DNA of 64,000 nucleotides from an uncultured cyanobacterium (GTDB taxonomy: Bacteria > Cyanobacteriota > Cyanobacteriia > Phormidesmidales > Phormidesmidaceae): positions 384,001-448,000 of the forward strand of contig CAWBZI010000002.1 in NCBI GenBank assembly GCA_963793265.1, read 5' to 3'. Each line of letters opens with the position of its first letter. Within the stretch, counting starts at the first letter, position 1. Both the position numbers and the translations under genes were made by a program. Of this stretch, positions 48,578-57,294 are shown piece by piece. The notes below the pieces were generated by a model, which searched no databases, was not told the origin of the DNA, and saw only the letters and a list, made by a program, of their open reading frames with translations.

Positions 48578-51500
48578 TTAAGGTTGAGATTCAATTATTT
48601 GCGGCTCTGTTTGTGACTCTGAGGGAACATCAGGACGCTGTGCTAAGCCAAATACTACGGCAATCACTAGGGCGATCGCTAAAAATCCCCACGCCCACAG
48701 CGGCAACCTGCCTTGGCCTTCTCTACGCTCTTGAGCAAACGGAGCGCGTTCGGAAACAGCCGCTGTCGCAGGTGGTTGAGGTTCAGTGACTAAAGTCTGT
48801 ACAGGTCTTGTAGGCTCAGATGCCACAGGTTCAGGGGAAATAGGTTCAGGCGTAGCTGATATAGGCACAACAGGTTCTGGCGATGGCGACCCGTTACCAG
48901 AATTAGACTTGCCCAAACCCGTGCCAACAACAGCAATTGTAAGAGCGGCAAGTCCGATCGGATTGGTGAAGTACTCTAGATGGTTGCAGGCAACCGGCAG
49001 ATGAATAGGCGCAGGCGATCGCCCCTCTGGCACCGCAGTAATACTCTCTACCAACACCGCAATATCATTAGGCTGTCTAAAAAACGGCAGCTCAGCCACT
49101 TTCCCCAATCTACCGAGTAACCGCTGCTTCAAACCCGCCGTTTTATCCTCTGGAATCAAAGACGTATTCCCTACTACCAGCGTATAGGGCACCTTTGGAT
49201 CTTTCGCCTTCGCCAGCTCCGCCAGAAAGTCCGACCCCGGCTGCATCTGATCGAGTGACACATCGATTGTCTCAATCCGCTTCAGCAATCCCTCTAAAAT
49301 TTTCAGCGGCGCAGCCACCAAAGAGAGCCCGTTAATTGCAAAGCTCACGGCGGCAGTAATTCCCGCCTGCATCTGCGGCCATGGCGATCCGTTGTTAGGC
49401 GTTCCTAACATAATTAAATGGTTCACCACCTCACTACCGCCCTCCTGTTCAATAAACCACCGAGACACCAGTCCGCCCATTGAATGCGCAACAATATGTA
49501 CCGTCTTCTGATGGCCTACGCCTAGTCCGACCGCCTCTAGCCGCGCTTTTAGCAATCGGGCGTTGGTGTCAATCGTTGTATTCAAGTTCTCATAGTCAAA
49601 AGCTAGCACCAAATCATACAACTGTCCGATTGGCGTCTTGCTATCTTCTAACGTCGCCACCGCTGACTCCAAACTTGGCAGCATACTTTCTGTATCACCA
49701 AAAATCCCGTGGATATAGATAGCAATATTTTGGGCTTTCGCTACCTTCTCTCTTATCGTTTCAACCGTTCTCTCGTAGTTAACTTTAGCATCTTTCAACT
49801 CTGCAACTGTCAGTAACGGATACTCAAACGACAGGCCAATTGTCTTACTCAGGCTCTCTCCTAGTTTCTTAGTCGCCACCTTTTGAAAAAAGATGCGAAT
49901 AGAACCTGTTACGCTACGTCTACCTTCACTCACGGGCTCAGGAAGTCGCTCAATAACAATCTGAGTTTTCCCCTCTGTTGTTTTGCCATAGCCCAGCGGC
50001 AGGTAGAACTCACCATCGTAGGCAACTGGCAAAATATATTCACCTTCATTCAAAGGCACTTCTGTTTCTATTCGCAGCGGATTCTCAGGCGTGACTGCGG
50101 CTGAATCGCTGACGTTGTTGAGTTCCAGAGCGCTGAGGCCAGGGTCGCTCGCGCGGCTTTGCGCAAATTGAAAAGGCACTGTCTCATTTTGTAAAATTGG
50201 TGGCAAAATTGCGCTACCCAAATCGCGAGTAGACTGTGAGACTGTTGTAAGCCGGACATTTGCACTGAACCGAGAATGCGGCTGAATTTGAACGGTGCTG
50301 TTAACAACAGTAGGTTCAGACTGGCTAATTGGCGTCGATAGCTGAGGGCGCACGAAGGTGAACGCAACTTGGCTGGTCACCCAGTCATCGTAAGCTGTGG
50401 TGTCTTCAGCAAAGCCAATGTCTCGCGTATTGACCCGCTGCATTAGGCGGTTGAGGCTACCGGCAGCAGGCAGCGATCGCATCCCACCCCCACTCGCAGG
50501 CTGTCCCAACTCATCTAACGACATCAAAGTCGGATCGAACTCATCCGTACAGGCGATCGCCTTCAAAATATCCTGACTTTCCGTAATCCCCTGCTGCCAC
50601 AGCACATCTTTAATCGTGCCGTTCAGCGGAGCCCCATTGGCAAACCAGATCTCTTGTTCAGGCAGCAGCCGCGTCAAGCTCACCACGCTATCCGGCTTTA
50701 GCACTACCGCGTTAAAGCGTTCAGTCAAATAAAACAGCGCACAGTAGAGCGTTCTATCACTCGTATTTCGCAGCTTGAGCCGAAAGCGCGGCGGTGTCCA
50801 CGTATCTTGCAAGCGGTTGTGCCGGTAGCTCAAGCGAATCTGAGCGTCTGTTATCTCTGTCGCCTCTTCGTAACTAGGCTCATCACCCGAATAGATCTTG
50901 ATTTCAACCGCGCCTTGAATCTGACTGCTCGCTGGACTTGCCAAATCCGCAATTGTCTTCCAGCGCGCAATATGTTCTAAGTCTTTCACGACTTTTGTCA
51001 CATTCACCGTGTCGTAGCCCGCAACAGCAGTCACCAGCGGACGCTGCTCGGCAACAGAGGTGATCGTATACTCATCGCCCTTTGCCACGACTCGATAGCT
51101 TGCACCTTCTATCTGATCGGTTGCTTGCACATAGAGCGAAGGTCGGTTGCCGGGAGCAGCGATCGTGATCGCCTGTCGTAACATCTCAACCCCCGCCGCC
51201 TCACCTTCTATAAAAATGCTAAGCGGCGGTAGCGGTGATGAAACAACAACTGCTTTAAAAGTCTCCGTAGTCTCAGCAGTCTGAGAAATTACCCCACTAC
51301 CCTCTCTATCCACAATCTGACTGTATTGAGGCAGTACCCGAGTGATATTTACTAAACCTAATGCATTTGAAAAGTCTTTAAGCTGCTCGGCTTGGCTGTC
51401 AAAAGGGAAGAGCGCAAGTACCGTCGATTCCTCACCGACTGCTGATCGGAGGCCGTGAATCGCACCGCCGTCTATTGCCCAGCCATGGTCAGGATGACGA

Positions 51501-52414
51501 CTAGCTGTAAAGTAGGGGTCGCAGGGCGCGATCGCCCCACCTAAAAACGGCATCTCCAAATCTTGCGAATGCGTCGCATCCATCTGCGGAGACTGCGCCA
51601 TTACGCCGCTACGAATCAGCGCATTGGTTCGCTTAAACAAATCTCGATAGCTGAGCTGACCATTCGCTTTATTCAAAGAATCTTGTAAAAAGTAAGAGAA
51701 TGCACCCCGAGCCTTACCGCCACCGTGGTACTCCTTTGCCTCTTCAATATTTTGGCAGGCCGCAAGCACCACATGTCGCCCCGTTGGTGGCAGCTTAATC
51801 GCCATCGGAGACAGGCTCCGGGTTCCCACAGATTCGCCTACCAACGCCTGCGCCGCATCAGCTGACACAATAAAACTCTCTAAAGGGCGCAGGCGCTTGT
51901 CAATCTCCGCTCGGCGCGTCGCCACCTCAGACACCTCTCCCTCGCGCGTACCCGATCCCGAATGGCAGCAGTCCAGCAGCACCGCAATATGCGGCTCATG
52001 ACTATCCACTTCAGAGATAAGCTGAGCCAGCTCTTTATCAGCCAAATCCCAGTGCTGATCGTCTATACGGCTGTCGTAGCACACCAGCGTTTCCATCATG
52101 CGATCGGGCGACACCGGCCAAAAAGGCTCTGGTGCGATCGCCTGTGCCCCATGTCCCGCATAGTAAAACAGCACCACATCGTCCTTACCCGCCAGCGCCA
52201 AATGCTGCCGAAACCCGTCAATAATGCCTTGCCGAGTCGCGCGACTGTCAGTCAGCATCTTCAGCTTCAGCTCAAAATCCTTCTGAGAGACGCGACCCTC
52301 TAAATAAGCCTGCATTCCGCTCACGTCATTCACACACCCTTTTAGCCAGGGAACGCGCGATCGCTTGTCATATTCATTAATGCCCACCAGAAGCGCATAC
52401 AGTTTTTTAGACAT
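48578..52414 (-). CDS. Caspase-family (peptidase C14) protease fused to an alpha/beta hydrolase and a C-terminal TM helix
   Basis: ALLVGINEY, FYYAGHG, LLDCCHSG (His-Cys dyad); later HGIFG, AHSMGGL, GTPNNGS; Pro-rich linker and WAWGFLAIALVIAVVFGL. Confidence 0.88.
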   Translation of the reverse strand: MSKKLYALLVGINEYDKRSRVPWLKGCVNDVSGMQAYLEGRVSQKDFELKLKMLTDSRATRQGIIDGFRQHLALAGKDDVVLFYYAGHGAQAIAPEPFWPVSPDRMMETLVCYDSRIDDQHWDLADKELAQLISEVDSHEPHIAVLLDCCHSGSGTREGEVSEVATRRAEIDKRLRPLESFIVSADAAQALVGESVGTRSLSPMAIKLPPTGRHVVLAACQNIEEAKEYHGGGKARGAFSYFLQDSLNKANGQLSYRDLFKRTNALIRSGVMAQSPQMDATHSQDLEMPFLGGAIAPCDPYFTASRHPDHGWAIDGGAIHGLRSAVGEESTVLALFPFDSQAEQLKDFSNALGLVNITRVLPQYSQIVDREGSGVISQTAETTETFKAVVVSSPLPPLSIFIEGEAAGVEMLRQAITIAAPGNRPSLYVQATDQIEGASYRVVAKGDEYTITSVAEQRPLVTAVAGYDTVNVTKVVKDLEHIARWKTIADLASPASSQIQGAVEIKIYSGDEPSYEEATEITDAQIRLSYRHNRLQDTWTPPRFRLKLRNTSDRTLYCALFYLTERFNAVVLKPDSVVSLTRLLPEQEIWFANGAPLNGTIKDVLWQQGITESQDILKAIACTDEFDPTLMSLDELGQPASGGGMRSLPAAGSLNRLMQRVNTRDIGFAEDTTAYDDWVTSQVAFTFVRPQLSTPISQSEPTVVNSTVQIQPHSRFSANVRLTTVSQSTRDLGSAILPPILQNETVPFQFAQSRASDPGLSALELNNVSDSAAVTPENPLRIETEVPLNEGEYILPVAYDGEFYLPLGYGKTTEGKTQIVIERLPEPVSEGRRSVTGSIRIFFQKVATKKLGESLSKTIGLSFEYPLLTVAELKDAKVNYERTVETIREKVAKAQNIAIYIHGIFGDTESMLPSLESAVATLEDSKTPIGQLYDLVLAFDYENLNTTIDTNARLLKARLEAVGLGVGHQKTVHIVAHSMGGLVSRWFIEQEGGSEVVNHLIMLGTPNNGSPWPQMQAGITAAVSFAINGLSLVAAPLKILEGLLKRIETIDVSLDQMQPGSDFLAELAKAKDPKVPYTLVVGNTSLIPEDKTAGLKQRLLGRLGKVAELPFFRQPNDIAVLVESITAVPEGRSPAPIHLPVACNHLEYFTNPIGLAALTIAVVGTGLGKSNSGNGSPSPEPVVPISATPEPISPEPVASEPTRPVQTLVTEPQPPATAAVSERAPFAQERREGQGRLPLWAWGFLAIALVIAVVFGLAQRPDVPSESQTEPQIIESQP

Positions 52415-52460
52415 AGCTAATCAACAAAGAGAGAGTCATATTATCTCAGACGCAGAAGTC

Positions 52461-53345
52461 CTAAGCATTACTTGCCGTCAGCAGCAGCGGCAGCGTATCT
52501 TCATCCACCACGCCGCTCACATTCACGCCTGCTTTCTCCTGAAACGCTTTCACCGCCCTCTCAGTGTCTATGCCAAACACGCCATCTACATCCACCGCAA
52601 CGCCCGCCTTCACTAGCATCGCCTGCACCTCCTCAACTCTCTGACCCTGCATATACGGCGACACCAGCTTCAAATATCCCGTATCAGACGGCGTAAACGT
52701 CGGCGCAGCCACATTCGGCCCAAGCTGAAAACGCACGTGAATATGATCGTCATGCCCCGCATGGTACTGCACGCCTTTAACATTGCCGTCGTTAAATAAA
52801 ATCACGCGAGGGGGCAGCACCGGATTGTTGGTAATTAGGCTTATAAACGCCTGCGTCAGCTCGCGCGAGTAGTTCCCGGCTCGCCAGTTAGAAGGCTCTT
52901 CTCTGCCATTATTCGTCACCAGGCTAAAATCCACATCGACGCCCTCCTCATGAGACGCATGACGCGGCGTATCTCCCCCATTTGGCAAGCTAATATCGCC
53001 TACCCCAATACGCGGCGCGTTGGGATGCTTTTTAGCCCACTGCTCGCAGATATGGACGATCGCTTGAATCGTGCTAGACCGTCCGTAGTGATGCTGACCG
53101 TCATTGTCGTAGCCGTAACACTCATAGCCAGGCCCGTCAAAAGGCAGCTTCGTAAACAGCGCCCGACTATCGCTATTGAGAATTTCTAGCTCAGACTCGG
53201 TAAATTGAACATCCGCAGTACAGGTGATGCCATGCTGATGTTCCTGCCTAGAGGCGGCAGCAGCTAGGCTTCGAGGAGACAACTTTTGTTTGATAGCGTT
53301 CACGACGTTCCCCTTAAGTTTGATCTCAAGTCGTGCAAACATCAT
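52461..53345 (-). CDS. MepA-like murein endopeptidase with C-terminal peptidoglycan-binding domain
   Basis: GDISL.NGG...HASHEEGVDVD...HDDHIHV zinc ligands; VDGVFG..TERAVKAFQ PG-binding repeat. Confidence 0.85.
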   Translation of the reverse strand: MMFARLEIKLKGNVVNAIKQKLSPRSLAAAASRQEHQHGITCTADVQFTESELEILNSDSRALFTKLPFDGPGYECYGYDNDGQHHYGRSSTIQAIVHICEQWAKKHPNAPRIGVGDISLPNGGDTPRHASHEEGVDVDFSLVTNNGREEPSNWRAGNYSRELTQAFISLITNNPVLPPRVILFNDGNVKGVQYHAGHDDHIHVRFQLGPNVAAPTFTPSDTGYLKLVSPYMQGQRVEEVQAMLVKAGVAVDVDGVFGIDTERAVKAFQEKAGVNVSGVVDEDTLPLLLTASNA

Positions 53346-53506
53346 ATGAAGACAATGCTTGTGGCTACTTCCACATCTGGAAAATATATAAAAAGCGCTA
53401 CAAAACTATAGCAAGTAGGCTGACATGCAGTTACTTAGGTTGAGGTATCGTAAATCTGTCCAGGCTTTACTTGAAGCCCATCACGTTTCTACTGCAAAAA
53501 TCGACT

Positions 53507-55597
53507 ATGACTGACCCTACTTCTACTTCGCTTCAGCCGCCCGTTGCACCACAGCGGCCTAAAACGCTCATCACGCACGGCGACGAGCGAGTAGATCCTT
53601 ACTTTTGGCTAAGCGATCGCGACAACCCCGAAGTGATTGACTATCTCAAGACAGAGAACGCCTACACCGAAGCTAAAACAGAGCACACCAAAGCCCTGCA
53701 AAAGACACTCTACGATGAAATGCTCGGTCGCATTCAAGAAACCGATCTCTCAGTACCCTATCGCTACGGCGACTACTATTACTACTCACGCACAGAAGAA
53801 GGCAAAGCCTACGGGTTTCTATGTCGTAAAAAAGGCTCGCTCGAAGCAGATGAAGAAGTGTTGCTAGATGAGAACGCTCTGGCTGAAGGCTATGATTTTT
53901 TCTCGTTAGGAGACTACGAGATTAGCCCCGACCAAAAGCTGTTAGCCTATGCCACCGATACCCAGGGTAACGAGCGCTACACGCTTGTATTCAAGACAAT
54001 TGAAACAAATCAGCACTTTGACGAAAAAATCTCGGACATCAGCGGCGTAGTGTGGGCCAACGATAATAAAACGCTATTTTACCTACGGCTAGACGAAGCC
54101 CATCGGCCGTATCAGGTATGGCGACATCAGCTCGATACTTCGCCCGATACGGACGTGCTGATCTATGAAGAAACTGATGAAGCCTTTTACTTAGATCTCG
54201 ATGTAACCCGCAGCGAAGCCTACATTTTGCTCAGCGCTGAGAGTAAAATCACGTCCGAAGTGCGTTTTTTAAACGCCAATGAGCCCGGCGGTGAGTTTCG
54301 CACGATTCACCCACGTGAGAAAGGCATAGAGTACGGCGTTGAGCACCATCCTGGCACGAATGCCCAGACGGACACCCAGAGCGATCGCTTCTACATCATC
54401 ACCAACGATGAAGCCATCAACTTTAAGCTGATGGCAGCGCCGACAAGCGATCCGAGTAAATCTAACTGGAAAACAGTCGTTCCCCATCGAGAAGACGTAA
54501 TGCTTTCGGGTATAGATGTCTTCAAAGATTATCTTGTATTCTACGAAAGAGAGAAAGGACTGCCTACCATTCGGCTGCAAGAGCTTTCTACCGGCAGCAT
54601 CAAAAAGATAGACTTTCCAGAACCGACCTACTTTGTCATGGGCACCTCTATGCCCGAGTTCGATACAACAACCTTGCGATTTCGCTATAGCTCACTGGTC
54701 ACACCGACCTCAGTGTTTGACTACGACATGAATACGCATCAGCGCGTGCTTAAAAAGCAGCAGCCCGTGCTCGGCGGTTTTGACCCAGATGGCTATGCGA
54801 GCGAGCGTCTGATCGCCACCGCGCCAGATGGCGTTGAGGTGCCGATTTCTTTGGTCTACAAAAAAGATATTTCTCTCGACACGACCAATCCCATGCACCT
54901 GACGGGATATGGTTCTTACGGCTATCCTTATCCCGTGACGTTTTCGGCGTATCAGCTTTCGCTTTTAGATAGAGGGGTGGTGTGTGCGATCGCTCACATT
55001 AGAGGCGGCGGTGAAATGGGCCGCAAATGGTACGAAGACGGCAAGTTCTTAAACAAAAAGAACACCTTCACCGACTTTATCGCTTGCGCCGAGCATTTAA
55101 TCGAACAAAAATGGACAAGCCCTGAGCAGCTTGCAATTTCGGGCGGTAGTGCAGGTGGGTTGCTGATCGGGGCCGTGGTGAATGAAAGACCAGAGCTGTT
55201 TAAAGTTGCGATCGCCCAAGTCCCCTTCGTCGATGTCGTCACCACCATTCTCGATCCTAATCTGCCGCTCTCAGTCATTGAGTGGGACGAATGGGGCAAC
55301 CCCAACGAGCCCGAATTCTATCAATACATGAAATCATATTCTCCCTACGACAATGTGAAAGCTCAGGACTACCCAAATCTGTTGATTACCGGCGGGCTCA
55401 ACGACCCTCGCGTCTCATACTGGGAGCCCGCAAAGTGGACAGCTAAGCTCCGCGCTACCAAAACAGACCAGAACCGACTACTGCTCAAAACCAACATGGG
55501 CGCAGGCCACAGCGGCGCATCAGGCCGCTACGAGCGCATTAAAGAATTTGCGTTTGACGACGCCTTTTTACTGGACGCGTTAGGACTAGGAGGATAA
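53507..55597 (+). CDS. ptrB: Oligopeptidase B (S9A)
   Basis: HGDERVDPYFWL, GYGSYG, RGGGEMG, GGSAGG, NDPRV.YWEPAKW, GHSG. Confidence 0.92.
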   Translation: MTDPTSTSLQPPVAPQRPKTLITHGDERVDPYFWLSDRDNPEVIDYLKTENAYTEAKTEHTKALQKTLYDEMLGRIQETDLSVPYRYGDYYYYSRTEEGKAYGFLCRKKGSLEADEEVLLDENALAEGYDFFSLGDYEISPDQKLLAYATDTQGNERYTLVFKTIETNQHFDEKISDISGVVWANDNKTLFYLRLDEAHRPYQVWRHQLDTSPDTDVLIYEETDEAFYLDLDVTRSEAYILLSAESKITSEVRFLNANEPGGEFRTIHPREKGIEYGVEHHPGTNAQTDTQSDRFYIITNDEAINFKLMAAPTSDPSKSNWKTVVPHREDVMLSGIDVFKDYLVFYEREKGLPTIRLQELSTGSIKKIDFPEPTYFVMGTSMPEFDTTTLRFRYSSLVTPTSVFDYDMNTHQRVLKKQQPVLGGFDPDGYASERLIATAPDGVEVPISLVYKKDISLDTTNPMHLTGYGSYGYPYPVTFSAYQLSLLDRGVVCAIAHIRGGGEMGRKWYEDGKFLNKKNTFTDFIACAEHLIEQKWTSPEQLAISGGSAGGLLIGAVVNERPELFKVAIAQVPFVDVVTTILDPNLPLSVIEWDEWGNPNEPEFYQYMKSYSPYDNVKAQDYPNLLITGGLNDPRVSYWEPAKWTAKLRATKTDQNRLLLKTNMGAGHSGASGRYERIKEFAFDDAFLLDALGLGG

Positions 55598-56230
55598 AGA
55601 GCGCGCCCTTGAATATGCGTTTTTAGTGTTAATGTCTATCAATACTTCGGGCGTTGCAAATTCGACCTTTCTAATTTTAGACTGTCGTTTTCGCACAATC
55701 TCTCGCAGTCCTAAGCTCGAATCGCTAATCTGTTTAAGATCGGGGAATAGGTGATGAGAGAACAATAGCGGATGGCCTAATTTCCCTTGATAGCAAGGTG
55801 CCGTAATCAGGGCTGATTCTCGATAATGCGTTTTTAGTAACGTGCGGTAGACGCTGGCCGGACGGGGCTGATCAACAGCCGATACGGTGAGCGTCGAGAA
55901 TTTAGCGGGAAGCATTTTTAGCCCCGTTAGGATCGAGCTGGTTTTGCCGCGATCGCTATTCCAATTAACCACAGCCCGGCTCCCCAAAGGGCAGTCTGTA
56001 TGGCGATGAGCGTTGTGCGCACCCAAAACAACTAATGGTGTAATATTGGCCTGCAAAAATTGCTCGCACTGGTAGCGAAGCAGCGTTTGATGGCCGTGCC
56101 AGAGCAGCGTTGTTTTACAAACGCCCATGCGAGTAGAAAGACCGGCAGCTAGGACGATAGCGAAATCTTGGTTGTCTGGCGGTTGATCTGGCGGTTGATC
56201 TGGCAGTTGATCTGGCAGTTGATCTGGCAT
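55586..56230 (-). CDS. mocA: Molybdenum cofactor nucleotidyltransferase (MocA/MobA-like)
   Basis: IVLAAGLSTRMG, VDQP, GHP, DIN; located in the xdh cluster. Confidence 0.75.
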   Translation of the reverse strand: MPDQLPDQLPDQPPDQPPDNQDFAIVLAAGLSTRMGVCKTTLLWHGHQTLLRYQCEQFLQANITPLVVLGAHNAHRHTDCPLGSRAVVNWNSDRGKTSSILTGLKMLPAKFSTLTVSAVDQPRPASVYRTLLKTHYRESALITAPCYQGKLGHPLLFSHHLFPDLKQISDSSLGLREIVRKRQSKIRKVEFATPEVLIDINTKNAYSRARSLSS

Positions 56231-57270
56231 GGGTTAGGGCTGCTGCAAGCGTGGATCTTTGAGAGCGCTTTAGTGGGCGTGACGCGATCGCAAAGCGACA
56301 ACCCCGTCCCCCCGCGACGAACCTTAATCAGTTCTGCGCAGATACTAACGGCGATTTCTGACGGCGACAGTGCGCCAATATCCAAACCAATCGGGGCGTG
56401 AAAGTGAGCTGGTTTTTCTATTGATATGCCCTCATAATTAAGCGCCTGGTGGATTAGGCGGATGCGCTTTTGACTGCCAATAGCACCGATATATTGATAG
56501 GCTAACGGCCTGCGTAAAATCGTTTTCAGCGCTTCAACGTCCTGTAAAAATCCTCTTGTGACAAGCGCGATGTAGATCTGAGGGTGAGTGGCGAGCCGGT
56601 CTAAAGCCTCAGCCATAGAGTCAGATAGCAGCATTGCCTGTGGAAATCTTTGACCAGTCACAAATTCAGAGCGATCGTCCTGTACGGCTATTTGGAAACC
56701 AGAAAAGCTAGCAATTTGTGCAAGGGCAACAGCCACATGCCCCCCGCCTACGATGAGTAAAACGGGCGGAGGCTGGATAACTTCGACAAAAGAATTGTCA
56801 TCTGACATGAGGGATTGATGTTCTTCCATGAGATAGGGCTGGCAAGACTCTCTCAAAGAGGTGATGTTGTTACACGCAAGCGGCGTGATTAATCTGCCTG
56901 ATTTTCCCGAATTGAACAAATCTAGAATTTGCTCGACTAGGGCGATCGCCGCCCATCCCGCCCATCGCTCTAACCATACTTGCACCCTGCCGCCACACAC
57001 ACCCTGACTATCTCTTCCCGGCGCACCGGTCAGGTCAATATCAACCAAACGCTTCTCACCATCGACCATCGTCAAGGCTTGTTCAATCACTTTTCCTTCA
57101 CCCGCACCACCGCCCACCGTGCCGATAATACCGCCGTCTGCACATATCGCCATTTTTGCCCCAATCTCTCTAGGTGCAGACCCTGTTGTTGAAACCACTG
57201 TGGCGAGCACGACAGAATTCTGGACTAAGGCAGTCTTGAGCTGTTGATAGAAGTGTTGGGTATTAGTCAT
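56149..57270 (-). CDS. xdhC: XdhC/CoxI family xanthine dehydrogenase accessory protein
   Basis: GSAPRE.GAKM, GTVGGG, VCGG, VGGGHVA, YIGAIGS, APIGLDIGA. Confidence 0.9.
   Translation of the reverse strand: MTNTQHFYQQLKTALVQNSVVLATVVSTTGSAPREIGAKMAICADGGIIGTVGGGAGEGKVIEQALTMVDGEKRLVDIDLTGAPGRDSQGVCGGRVQVWLERWAGWAAIALVEQILDLFNSGKSGRLITPLACNNITSLRESCQPYLMEEHQSLMSDDNSFVEVIQPPPVLLIVGGGHVAVALAQIASFSGFQIAVQDDRSEFVTGQRFPQAMLLSDSMAEALDRLATHPQIYIALVTRGFLQDVEALKTILRRPLAYQYIGAIGSQKRIRLIHQALNYEGISIEKPAHFHAPIGLDIGALSPSEIAVSICAELIKVRRGGTGLSLCDRVTPTKALSKIHACSSPNPCQINCQINCQINRQINRQTTKISLSS
56181..56228. repeat. 4x 12-bp tandem repeat in the xdhC/mocA overlap
   Basis: (G/A)GTTGATCTGGC x4 plus a degenerate copy at 56170-56180. 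Confidence 0.9.
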
Positions 57271-57294
57271 GGGATATTGGGTGATAGATAGCGC

